Shown: positions 1 to 7,053, counted from the stretch's first letter. The stretch is 23,003 bases of DNA from Candidatus Iainarchaeum sp. (GCA_028700115.1 JAQVTI010000014.1:1-23003); one strand, 5' to 3'. A program made the numbers and translations. The notes: generated from the sequence alone by a model not told the origin.

Positions 1-915
1 GATAGACAACATTTAGGGATTATTTCAGATGATATTACAAAATTATTAATTGGAAAGTCTGTAACTAATGGACTTGGAGCAGGAGCATATCCTGAAATTG
101 GAGCAAAAGCTGCTGAAGTTTCAAAAGCTGCTTTAGAAGAACTTTTAGAAGGAGTAGATATGCTTTTTATAACAGCTGGAATGGGTGGAGGAACTGGAAC
201 TGGAGCAGCTCCTGTTGTTGCAAAAATTGCAAAAGCATAAGGAGCAATTGTTATTGCTATAACTACATTCCCATTTGCTTTAGAAAAAGCAAGAAGTAAA
301 AAAGCAGAACTTGGTATTGATGATTTAGCTAAAATTTGTGATACAGTTGTTGTAATTGATAATAATAGACTTGTTGAATTAGTTCCAAATTTACCAATGC
401 AAGATGCTTTTAAAGTAGCAGATGAAGTAATTGCAAGAACAATTAGAGGAATTACAGAAACAATAACACAGCCTTCATTAATTAATATTGATTATGCAGA
501 TATTAGAACTGTTATGGGCGGAACTGGACTTTCTATGATTGCTGTTGGTGAATCTCAAACAAATAATAAAGTTCAAGATGTTGTTAATGATACATTAAAT
601 AATATGCTTTTAGATGTAAATATCGAAGGAGCAAAAGGATGTCTTGTACATATTACTGGTGGATCTGATTTAACTTTAGGAGAAGCAAATACTGTTGGAG
701 AACTTATAACAGATAATATTGATGCTAATGCAAATGTTATTTGGGGTGCAAGAGTAGATCCTACATTTGATAATAAAATTGAAGTAATTGCTATATTTAC
801 AGGAGTTTCATCTCCATTTATTAAAGGAAGTACTAAATTCCAAGGGCAAAAAAATTCTTCTAATTCTTCTGGTTTTGGAAGATATAATGATGATTTTGGG
901 CTTGCTGAACTTTAG
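1..915 (+). CDS. ftsZ: Cell division GTPase FtsZ (archaeal FtsZ1-like). The 5' end lies outside the window and the frame is interrupted by an in-frame TAA at 238-240.
   Basis: Frame 1 reads from base 1: ...[16 protein letters not shown]...[36 protein letters not shown]...[18 protein letters not shown]...VIWGARVD. The tubulin signature GGGTGTG lies at 184-204. The ORF track lists only 397-915 because of the stop, but homology is continuous across it. Confidence 0.9.
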
Positions 916-948
916 ATTTTCTTTATTTAGAAAATATAGTTTAAATAT

Positions 949-989
949 TTTTTAGAAAAGTCTTTAATTTATGAGATTTTTTCTAAAAA
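949..989 (+). terminator. Weak A/U-rich hairpin followed by a T-run, downstream of ftsZ
   Basis: TTTTTAGAAAA (949-959) is the reverse complement of TTTTCTAAAAA (979-989), with a 19-nt loop. It is followed by TCTTTTTTT. The stem has only one G:C pair, so it is weak. Confidence 0.25.
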
Positions 990-1104
990 TCTTTTTTTAT
1001 ATTTAAATAAAATTATAGGTATTATTGTGCCTTTTTTTAAATGGTGTTTTGTTTTTGTATGGGAATTTAACCCTTTTGTGATTTGTTTTTTAGGTGGTGT
1101 TTTT

Positions 1105-1320
1105 ATGAAGTATAATTATATTGTATTTATTATTGTGTTTTTTGTTTTAACTTTAAGTTTGTTTTATTTTTCAGAAGGAAATTTTTTTAAAAAGAATTAT
1201 GATTTAGAAGAAAGTTATAGTATCTCTAATTTGAAAGAACTAGATGTTAGAGTTTATTCAACTATAATTAGTTCTATAAATTTATTAAATAATCAAAATA
1301 ATTTTAAAAAATTAAATTAA
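1105..1320 (+). CDS. Small single-pass membrane protein (71 aa), hypothetical
   Basis: ATG at 1105 is preceded by the strong SD AGGTGGTG (1092-1099). MKYNYIVFIIVFFVLTLSLFYF is a hydrophobic helix. The track's GTG start at 1027 looks like a spurious extension. Confidence 0.6.
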   Translation: MKYNYIVFIIVFFVLTLSLFYFSEGNFFKKNYDLEESYSISNLKELDVRVYSTIISSINLLNNQNNFKKLN

Positions 1321-1332
1321 GGTGATCTTATA

Positions 1333-1422
1333 ATGAAGTCTTTAAAAATGTTTAATATTTTATTTTTTATTATATCTTGTTTTGTTTTTGCATATGTCTT
1401 TATGTTTGGTAACTTTGTTTAA
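1333..1422 (+). CDS. Hydrophobic micro-protein (29 aa), hypothetical
   Basis: ATG at 1333 sits 7 nt after the SD AAGGTGA (1319-1325). Translation is MKSLKMFNILFFIISCFVFAYVFMFGNFV*. It falls below the ORF-track length cutoff. Confidence 0.4.
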   Translation: MKSLKMFNILFFIISCFVFAYVFMFGNFV

Positions 1423-1485
1423 TATCTTACATATATTTATATAGTTTTTATATATAATATATATTAAAATTTAAAAAATAATTTT

Positions 1486-2232
1486 ATGGATAATAATAAA
1501 TATAAAAATTATTCTAGTGAAACTAATTTGAATTCATTAGATTCTAAAAAAAATAAAAAATTAGGAATTTGGATTTTTTTAGTTTTTTTGGTAATTATTG
1601 GATTAGTTTTTTACTTTTGGATATATCCTAATTATATTAAAAAAGAAAGCCCTTTTCCTCCAGGAGTTGATTCAGACCCTCCACAAATCTTAGATGTGAA
1701 CAATACTCAAATCTCAGATACAAATACAACTCAAGTTCCTGATGTGAATACAAATCAAACCTTAGATTTAAATCAAAATTTAGGTTCTGAAGAATGTGTT
1801 GATTTAGATTTATTTAATCAAAAGTTAAATTTAAGAGAATTTGGTTGTTATGAATCAGAATATTATGGATTAGATCCTATAGGTTTAGGTTTAGTTATTT
1901 CAAGTATAACTAAATATGATATAGTTTCTTATAATGATATAAATGTAGAAGTTATTACAACTATTGTTGATTATTCTCAATCATTTTCTGAAGAAATAAT
2001 TAATATATATTTAGAATCTGGAATGACTCAAGAAGATATTGATATGCAATTAGCTTCTTTTGATGAACTTTCTGAAACTATTATTGGTATTAAAAATAAA
2101 TGTATTTATGATATTGAAGCATTAAAATATATTTTAGATAATTCAAATGATCCTAAAAATTTAGAAGTTAATGTTTCAACAGACGGTTTTTCTTCTGGAG
2201 ATGAGTATAGTTGTGTACCTTTTGTTGAATAA
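1486..2232 (+). CDS. N-terminally membrane-anchored extracellular protein with an N-x-T-bearing octapeptide repeat linker, hypothetical
   Basis: ORF of 248 aa. It has a TM helix LGIWIFLVFLVIIGLVFYFWIY, then a repeat linker and a C-terminal globular part. I recognise no family. Confidence 0.7.
   Translation: MDNNKYKNYSSETNLNSLDSKKNKKLGIWIFLVFLVIIGLVFYFWIYPNYIKKESPFPPGVDSDPPQILDVNNTQISDTNTTQVPDVNTNQTLDLNQNLGSEECVDLDLFNQKLNLREFGCYESEYYGLDPIGLGLVISSITKYDIVSYNDINVEVITTIVDYSQSFSEEIINIYLESGMTQEDIDMQLASFDELSETIIGIKNKCIYDIEALKYILDNSNDPKNLEVNVSTDGFSSGDEYSCVPFVE
1687..1782 (+). repeat. Four tandem 24-nt (8-codon) repeats inside the 1486-2232 CDS
   Basis: The units translate as ILDVNNTQ / ISDTNTTQ / VPDVNTNQ / TLDLNQNL. 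They are read directly from atcttagatgtgaacaatactcaa and the three following units. Confidence 0.8.
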
Positions 2233-2244
2233 GCGTATTTATTT

Positions 2245-2270
2245 TTCGGTTAAATAGATATTTAACCGAA
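2245..2270 (+). terminator. Perfect 11-bp stem, 4-nt loop hairpin plus T-tract, immediately 3' of the 1486-2232 CDS
   Basis: TTCGGTTAAAT-AGAT-ATTTAACCGAA is followed by TCTTTTTTT. Confidence 0.6.
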
Positions 2271-2307
2271 TCTTTTTTTATGTTTTTTATTTTTTACCTA
2301 TGTTAAG

Positions 2308-2315
2308 TTTATAAA
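2308..2315 (+). promoter_or_regulatory. Candidate archaeal TATA box (AAG-TTTATAAA) for the 2353-3853 gene cluster
   Basis: TTTATAAA ends 38 nt upstream of ATG 2353. The same AAGTTTATA-type element recurs upstream of other genes (8090, 9700). Confidence 0.35.
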
Positions 2316-2352
2316 CCTAATTATCTACATTATAATTAAGTAATTGTAATAA

Positions 2353-2589
2353 ATGATATATATAGTTCCATCAAGAAAAAAAATCAAAAGAAATATAAAT
2401 GCTATTGCAACTCATAAGATGAATAAAAATAGATTTAATAAATTAACAGAATATCAAAAATTTTTTGAATCTAGAGGAATTAAGTTAGATGAGAAAAAGG
2501 CAGAAAATTTATTTGATTTTGTAAGCAGTGAAGCTAAAAGAAAAAAAGTTACAATTGAAGTTATTTTAAAAGAATTAAATTATAGATGA
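2353..2589 (+). CDS. Small Lys/Arg-rich hypothetical protein (78 aa), gene 1 of a 4-gene ORFan cluster
   Basis: Intact ORF with a 4-nt gap to the next gene and an N-terminal SRKKIKRNINAI. No recognisable family. An alternative start exists at M23. Confidence 0.55.
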   Translation: MIYIVPSRKKIKRNINAIATHKMNKNRFNKLTEYQKFFESRGIKLDEKKAENLFDFVSSEAKRKKVTIEVILKELNYR

Positions 2590-2593
2590 TTTT

Positions 2594-3058
2594 ATGAGTG
2601 CATTATTTAGAAGAAATCCTTTAAAAAAAACTGTAAAAGCAGAAAAAAGAGATAATTTAAGAAAAACTTTAAAAGATTATAAAGAAGTATTTCCTGCTAT
2701 GGATATGTATGCTTCTAATAAACCTCCTGCTATGTCTTTTATTGATATAAGAAATCTATCTAGAGAAAAAAGACAATCTAAAATAGTTTATAGTAAATTA
2801 TCTAAAATTTATAAAGATAAAAAATATGCAAGTAATCTTAGAGAATTTATAGAATTGTATCATTATGGAAGATATTTAAAAAAATCAGAAATGGAGTTTT
2901 TTAGATTACAACTATTAAATTCATATAGAGAAACTTTAAGTAAAAATAAAGAAAAAGCAGGATCTGAGTTTTTAAATAAATATATAACTGATATATTACA
3001 ATTATCTTTTGAAAAAGCAGATAAATATATTAAAAAAAGTAAAAGTATGAATAAATGA
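2594..3058 (+). CDS. Lys/Arg-rich hypothetical protein (154 aa), gene 2 of the cluster
   Basis: Intact ORF. The N-terminus is MSALFRRNPLKK. Composition looks helical and basic. No recognisable family. Confidence 0.6.
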   Translation: MSALFRRNPLKKTVKAEKRDNLRKTLKDYKEVFPAMDMYASNKPPAMSFIDIRNLSREKRQSKIVYSKLSKIYKDKKYASNLREFIELYHYGRYLKKSEMEFFRLQLLNSYRETLSKNKEKAGSEFLNKYITDILQLSFEKADKYIKKSKSMNK

Positions 3059-3064
3059 TTATAT

Positions 3065-3475
3065 ATGTTTAAAAGAAATTTTGGAAGAAAAAAAGAAATT
3101 AAAAAAGACCAAAAATCTATAGAAATTAGTGAAGAAATTAGAAAATCTATTGAAAATAGTAGAATTTTTACTTCTAGAAAAAAAACTATTGAAGAAAAGC
3201 TTAAAATTAGAAGGATTAGAAGAAAGGTTTTTAATAAATTAAATTCTCATCATATACATAATACTAAACAAAGTTTAGAAAAAGCTGTTTTTTCTTTACT
3301 TTTAGAAAAAAATCCAAAAATAGTAGATACTATATCTATTAAGCAAATAGAAAAAGATGTTTCTAATTATTTACCTGATATATATTTAAAACATATTAAT
3401 AAAGGTGAAAAGAATGTTTCTATAAATAGAGTTATTTTAGAAACTTCTGAATATCTTGGGCAAAAATATAAATAA
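3065..3475 (+). CDS. Lys/Arg-rich hypothetical protein (136 aa), gene 3 of the cluster
   Basis: Intact ORF 6 nt after gene 2. The N-terminus MFKRNFGRKK parallels that of gene 2. Confidence 0.6.
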   Translation: MFKRNFGRKKEIKKDQKSIEISEEIRKSIENSRIFTSRKKTIEEKLKIRRIRRKVFNKLNSHHIHNTKQSLEKAVFSLLLEKNPKIVDTISIKQIEKDVSNYLPDIYLKHINKGEKNVSINRVILETSEYLGQKYK

Positions 3476-3484
3476 GTTGAGAAT

Positions 3485-3853
3485 ATGCCTAAATTAAGAG
3501 TTAAGTTATTTGAATTTAAGAAAAAAAGAAGATTATTAAATAATGATTTAAAAAAATTAAATAAAATTGGTGTTTATAGATCTATAGATAGTTTATTTGT
3601 TGAAAAAACAGGTGGGAGTCATATTTTAAATCTTTTATCTTATAAAAAATATCAATTAAGATTACGTTTGAATCCTATTAGACAAAAACTTTTTGTAAAA
3701 GTTTTAAAAGAAGAAGTTTTTAATGAATATGTTCATTTAATTAAAACTAAAAAAATAAAAGAAGTTGAAGATATTGATTTACAAAAATTTTTAAAAAATA
3801 TTAGTATTAGACTTGATTACAGAATTGAAAAAGAAAATATTTTTAAAATATAA
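3485..3853 (+). CDS. Lys/Arg-rich hypothetical protein (122 aa), gene 4 of the cluster
   Basis: Intact ORF 9 nt after gene 3. The N-terminus is MPKLRVKLFEFKKKRRLLNN. Confidence 0.6.
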   Translation: MPKLRVKLFEFKKKRRLLNNDLKKLNKIGVYRSIDSLFVEKTGGSHILNLLSYKKYQLRLRLNPIRQKLFVKVLKEEVFNEYVHLIKTKKIKEVEDIDLQKFLKNISIRLDYRIEKENIFKI

Positions 3854-3917
3854 ATAAATAAGGATGATTGTATGATTAAATTTGTAGATTATGAGCATGG
3901 TTTTTAATTTATAAGTT

Positions 3918-4552
3918 AGTTATGTATATTATTCGAATAACTTTATTTTTTTAAATTTTTATAAAAAAACAAAAAATTTTCTTTTTTCTTTTTCTTATTT
4001 TTTATTAAATTTCTTATTTTATATATTTTGGGTATTTGCATTATATCTTGGACACTTTTTATGAAAATAATTTTTTAAATAAATCAGTAAATTTCTTTTG
4101 ATATATCTTAGTAAAATAATTTAGGGTAAATAGATAATATTTTTTCTAAAAAATCAAACAAATTTTAAAATCTTAAAAAATATATGATTTTATCAAAAAA
4201 CTCTATATTTTTTAAAAAAATCTTAGTAGTTCACCCTACCCTATTCGACTAATTCTTTGTAACTTAAGTAACTATGCCTCTTTAGAGTAAATTTAACTCT
4301 TTAAAAAGTTCGGTTAAATGGTTCTTAAGCCGAATACATTTTTAACTCATATCTTTATTAATTAGCTACATAACTTTATTTTTCATAAAATTATTTTCTC
4401 CCAAAAAATATATTTTTTATTTTTAATACAGTTATGTAGTATGATTAAATTTATTTTTAATAGAAAATGAAAATATTTTTTTATTAGTTTTTTATTTTCA
4501 AAAATATTTTTTTATATGTTTTAATTAATAATCATTTAAACTATACATAACT
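3918..4552. repeat. Four copies of the 9-mer TACATAACT in alternating orientation within the long intergenic region
   Basis: Copies are AGTTATGTA at 3918-3926 (-), TACATAACT at 4367-4375 (+), AGTTATGTA at 4430-4438 (-) and TACATAACT at 4544-4552 (+). The outer pair extends to a 13-bp perfect inverted repeat (3916-3928 / 4542-4554). The inner pair extends to 10 bp (4366-4375 / 4430-4439). Confidence 0.75.
4309..4334. terminator. Second copy of the TTCGGTTAAAT...CCGAA hairpin family. It has an A-run upstream and a T-run downstream, so it looks bidirectional.
   Basis: In TTCGGTTAAATGGTTCTTAAGCCGAA, TTCGG pairs with CCGAA and TTAA with TTAA, with one G bulge. The first 11 nt are identical to 2245-2255. 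It is followed by TACATTTTT. Confidence 0.4.
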
Positions 4553-4707
4553 AATTTTTATTATAAATATATCTTTTTGTATGCTTGTATTTTTTAATTT
4601 ATTTGATGTGAATTACTATCAATTATGAGTTTTTTATAAATTATTTTTTTAATATGAAATTATTTTATTATTTTATATGCTTATTAAATTACAAAATTTA
4701 TTTTTGT

Positions 4708-5286
4708 CTAATTTATTTTATCAATATAATAATCTAATATAATCATATAAAATGTAACTGATATAAAGAAAAAAAGTTCAAATATACCTGTCATTCCAAA
4801 AAGAGTTAAAAGTAATAAAGATCCAAATATAGTAAATATCATATACTTACTATATCTTATTGATATTTGTTTATGTGTTGTTTTTAGATATTTAGAGAAC
4901 ATATAAAGACATGTTATAAGAGAAAATGCAAATAAAACACTCCACACCACATGTAAATCTATATGCCATACTCTTAAAGCTTTATCAATAGGTTCTTGTA
5001 TAGATATTGGTGTTAAAACTGTTAAAATTAGATAAATTCCTGTTAGATAAGCATATTTTTTAGATTTTTTATTATTAAAATTTGTTTTTTTAAATAAATT
5101 TATTAAAAATAAAGTAAATAAAATACCAGTAACTATACCCCAAATTATAAAGTTAATTCTATAATCAAACCAATTTCCTATCATACTTAATGTATAATCA
5201 AAAGGTGATTTGTTTGTAGCATATATTATAGTCCATATAGGAAGTGTAAGTATTCCAAAATATAATATTTTATTTGTTTTTGGCAT
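4708..5286 (-). CDS. Multi-pass integral membrane protein (192 aa), hypothetical
   Basis: Intact ORF with about 6 hydrophobic segments. It lies 12 nt downstream of the Nudix gene on the same strand. Confidence 0.7.
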   Translation of the reverse strand: MPKTNKILYFGILTLPIWTIIYATNKSPFDYTLSMIGNWFDYRINFIIWGIVTGILFTLFLINLFKKTNFNNKKSKKYAYLTGIYLILTVLTPISIQEPIDKALRVWHIDLHVVWSVLFAFSLITCLYMFSKYLKTTHKQISIRYSKYMIFTIFGSLLLLTLFGMTGIFELFFFISVTFYMIILDYYIDKIN

Positions 5287-5298
5287 GTTTAATCTTTT

Positions 5299-5748
5299 TT
5301 AGAAATATTCTAAAAATTCATTAATAACTTTTTCCATAAATTCTAATTGATGATTCAAAGAAATATATTTCTTATAATTATCTTTATTTACCCATTTATA
5401 ATCAGAAATTTCTTCTTCTTGTAATTTAAAAGTTTGATTTTTTTTAATTTTTGTAATAAAAACACTTCTTTCTTGACCCTCAAAATAATATCCTTTGGTT
5501 TTTAATTTTTTTTGTCTAACTTTTTCTGACCAATCAAATTTTTCTATATATTTACTTTTTTCAAGAATATTTATTTCAATTCCAAGTTCTTCTTTGACTT
5601 CTCTATGTAATGCTTCAATATCTGTTTCATTTCTTTCAATACCTCCTGCAGGTATTTTCCAATATGTATGTTTTGTATTTCCTAAAACTAAAATAAATTC
5701 TTTTTTATCATTTAAGATAAATGCAGATGTTCCTTTTCTATAAACCAT
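5299..5748 (-). CDS. Nudix hydrolase
   Basis: Complete Nudix box Gx5Ex7REUxEExGU, seen as GGIERNETDIEALHREVKEELGI. Confidence 0.9.
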   Translation of the reverse strand: MVYRKGTSAFILNDKKEFILVLGNTKHTYWKIPAGGIERNETDIEALHREVKEELGIEINILEKSKYIEKFDWSEKVRQKKLKTKGYYFEGQERSVFITKIKKNQTFKLQEEEISDYKWVNKDNYKKYISLNHQLEFMEKVINEFLEYF

Positions 5749-5798
5749 AAAATCATATTTTATAATGTGTTTTATAATGTGTCCAACATTTAATACAT

Positions 5799-6128
5799 TT
5801 ATTTTTTAAACTTAACAGCAGTTCCATAACAAAGCATTTCTGAAGCTCCCTGCATAACTTGAGATGTAGTAAATCTTACTCCAATAACTCCATCTGCTCC
5901 TAAATCAATTGCATTGTTAATCATTCTATTATATGCTTCTTCTCTAGATTGGATTGTCATTTGTGTGTATGTTTTTACTTCTCCACCTATTAAATTTTTT
6001 AAACCTGCTCCAATATCTCTTCCAAGATTTCTAGATCTTACAGTATTTCCTTTAACAATTCCTAATATTTTTTCAATTTTTTTATAGGAAATATCATTTC
6101 CTGTTGTTACAATCATTTCTTTTTTCAT
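5799..6128 (-). CDS. YbjQ/UPF0145 (DUF74) family protein
   Basis: The sequence ...GIVKGNTVRSRNLGRDIGAGLKNLIGGEVKTYTQM...REEAYNRM...AIDLGADGVIGVRF...GTAVKF is typical of YbjQ. I place the start at ATG 6128; the track start 6137 is a GTG inside an AGTGA SD-like motif. Confidence 0.85.
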   Translation of the reverse strand: MKKEMIVTTGNDISYKKIEKILGIVKGNTVRSRNLGRDIGAGLKNLIGGEVKTYTQMTIQSREEAYNRMINNAIDLGADGVIGVRFTTSQVMQGASEMLCYGTAVKFKK

Positions 6129-6195
6129 ATAAATCACTTTTATTTAGTATTAAATGTAAATAAATTATTTACTTTTAGTACTATTTAGTATTATT

Positions 6196-6369
6196 TTATA
6201 ATTTTTTTATTTGTTCAATTTCATCTTCTTTTTTATTAAATAAGATAAATAAACTAATAAGTAAAATAGGAAGTCCATAAATTAAAGGAAATATAAAAAA
6301 TATTCCTAAGATTGTAAGAATACTTCCTATAACTATTCCTATAGTTCCAATAAGTTTATTTTCATTCAT
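6196..6369 (-). CDS. Small two-helix membrane protein (57 aa), hypothetical
   Basis: Minus-strand ORF MNENKLIGTIGIVIGSILTILGIFFIFPLIYGLPILLISLFILFNKKEDEIEQIKKL*. It starts 2 nt after the upstream ORF's stop. It is below the track cutoff. Confidence 0.45.
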   Translation of the reverse strand: MNENKLIGTIGIVIGSILTILGIFFIFPLIYGLPILLISLFILFNKKEDEIEQIKKL

Positions 6370-6371
6370 AT

Positions 6372-6779
6372 TTATCTTTTTTTATCTGTATAGGGCCCTG
6401 CTATATAAGGTCCAGTTGATCCTGCAGAATATACGTAATATATATTATCTGTTCCATTATAGCAATCATATATAAAAAATTTTGAAAATCCACCATCTAT
6501 TTTCTTAAACAATTTATTTTTATTATAAGAACTAAATTTAATTAATTCTCCATCACAAATTTCTAAAGGATCTCCTTCTACAAAACTACTAGATGTTTTT
6601 TTTGGATTTAATACTACTTTTAATTGAGGATATATTTGTTCTAAAGATTTATCGTAATAATCTTTTACAATATATCCATCTTTTATATATATTTTAGTTT
6701 TTCCAGTAAGTCTTATAATTAATAAAATTATAATTATTAATAAAATAGAACTTATTATAATTATTTTTTTCTTTTTCAT
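6372..6779 (-). CDS. N-terminally anchored or secreted hypothetical protein (135 aa)
   Basis: MKKKKIIIISSILLIIIILLII forms a signal or anchor, followed by a Tyr/Gly-rich globular part. No family recognised. Confidence 0.65.
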   Translation of the reverse strand: MKKKKIIIISSILLIIIILLIIRLTGKTKIYIKDGYIVKDYYDKSLEQIYPQLKVVLNPKKTSSSFVEGDPLEICDGELIKFSSYNKNKLFKKIDGGFSKFFIYDCYNGTDNIYYVYSAGSTGPYIAGPYTDKKR

Positions 6780-6798
6780 ATTTTCATTTTTTTTTCTT

Positions 6799-7053
6799 TT
6801 ATTTAAAACAATTATTTGTTATAAAATAAATGTAATTTTTAAAATTTTTATTTTCGTATTTTTTATATTTTTCTGTAGCATTAATTAAATTAATATAACT
6901 ACATTTAGGTGTAATCCATATTGATTTAGTTGCATTTTGTTTAATAATATCTCTATAATAATAAACTATAGCTGATTCACAATAATTTGTGATTGTATTT
7001 TTAGGATATAATTTAGATAATTCTTTCCAAATATCACATATTATTTTTTCCAT
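6799..7053 (-). CDS. Small hypothetical protein with several Cys residues (84 aa)
   Basis: Intact ORF on the same strand and in close succession with 6372-6779. No family recognised. Confidence 0.5.
   Translation of the reverse strand: MEKIICDIWKELSKLYPKNTITNYCESAIVYYYRDIIKQNATKSIWITPKCSYINLINATEKYKKYENKNFKNYIYFITNNCFK

Noticed and set aside
1027-1104. N-terminal extension (GTG start) of the 1027-1320 ORF
   Set aside because: A strong SD (AGGTGGTG) precedes the internal ATG at 1105, and the extension overlaps the likely promoter and terminator region after ftsZ. Similar GTG/TTG extensions at 6137, 8150, 11564 and 13388 were trimmed to the adjacent ATG.
3872-3907. 11-codon mini-ORF MIKFVDYEHGF with an AAGGA motif upstream, and its 9-codon counterpart at 4441-4470
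   Set aside because: Both are too short to call as genes from sequence alone. They are reported only as part of the duplicated 14-mer observation.
4267-4274. AGTAACTA in the long spacer matching the core of the RHH operator-like boxes
   Set aside because: An 8-mer of this composition is expected to recur by chance in a window of this size, so it does not support a regulatory link.
4231-4335. GC-richer patch as a tRNA or tRNA fragment (possible att site)
   Set aside because: No cloverleaf can be drawn, and there is no GTTCRANYC T-loop or acceptor-stem complementarity on either strand. It is kept only as a generic ncRNA candidate.
5495-5743. 82-aa + strand ORF from the track
   Set aside because: It lies entirely antisense within the well-supported Nudix hydrolase CDS. 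The sequence is low-complexity and Phe/Ser/Leu-rich, typical of a shadow ORF in AT-rich DNA.
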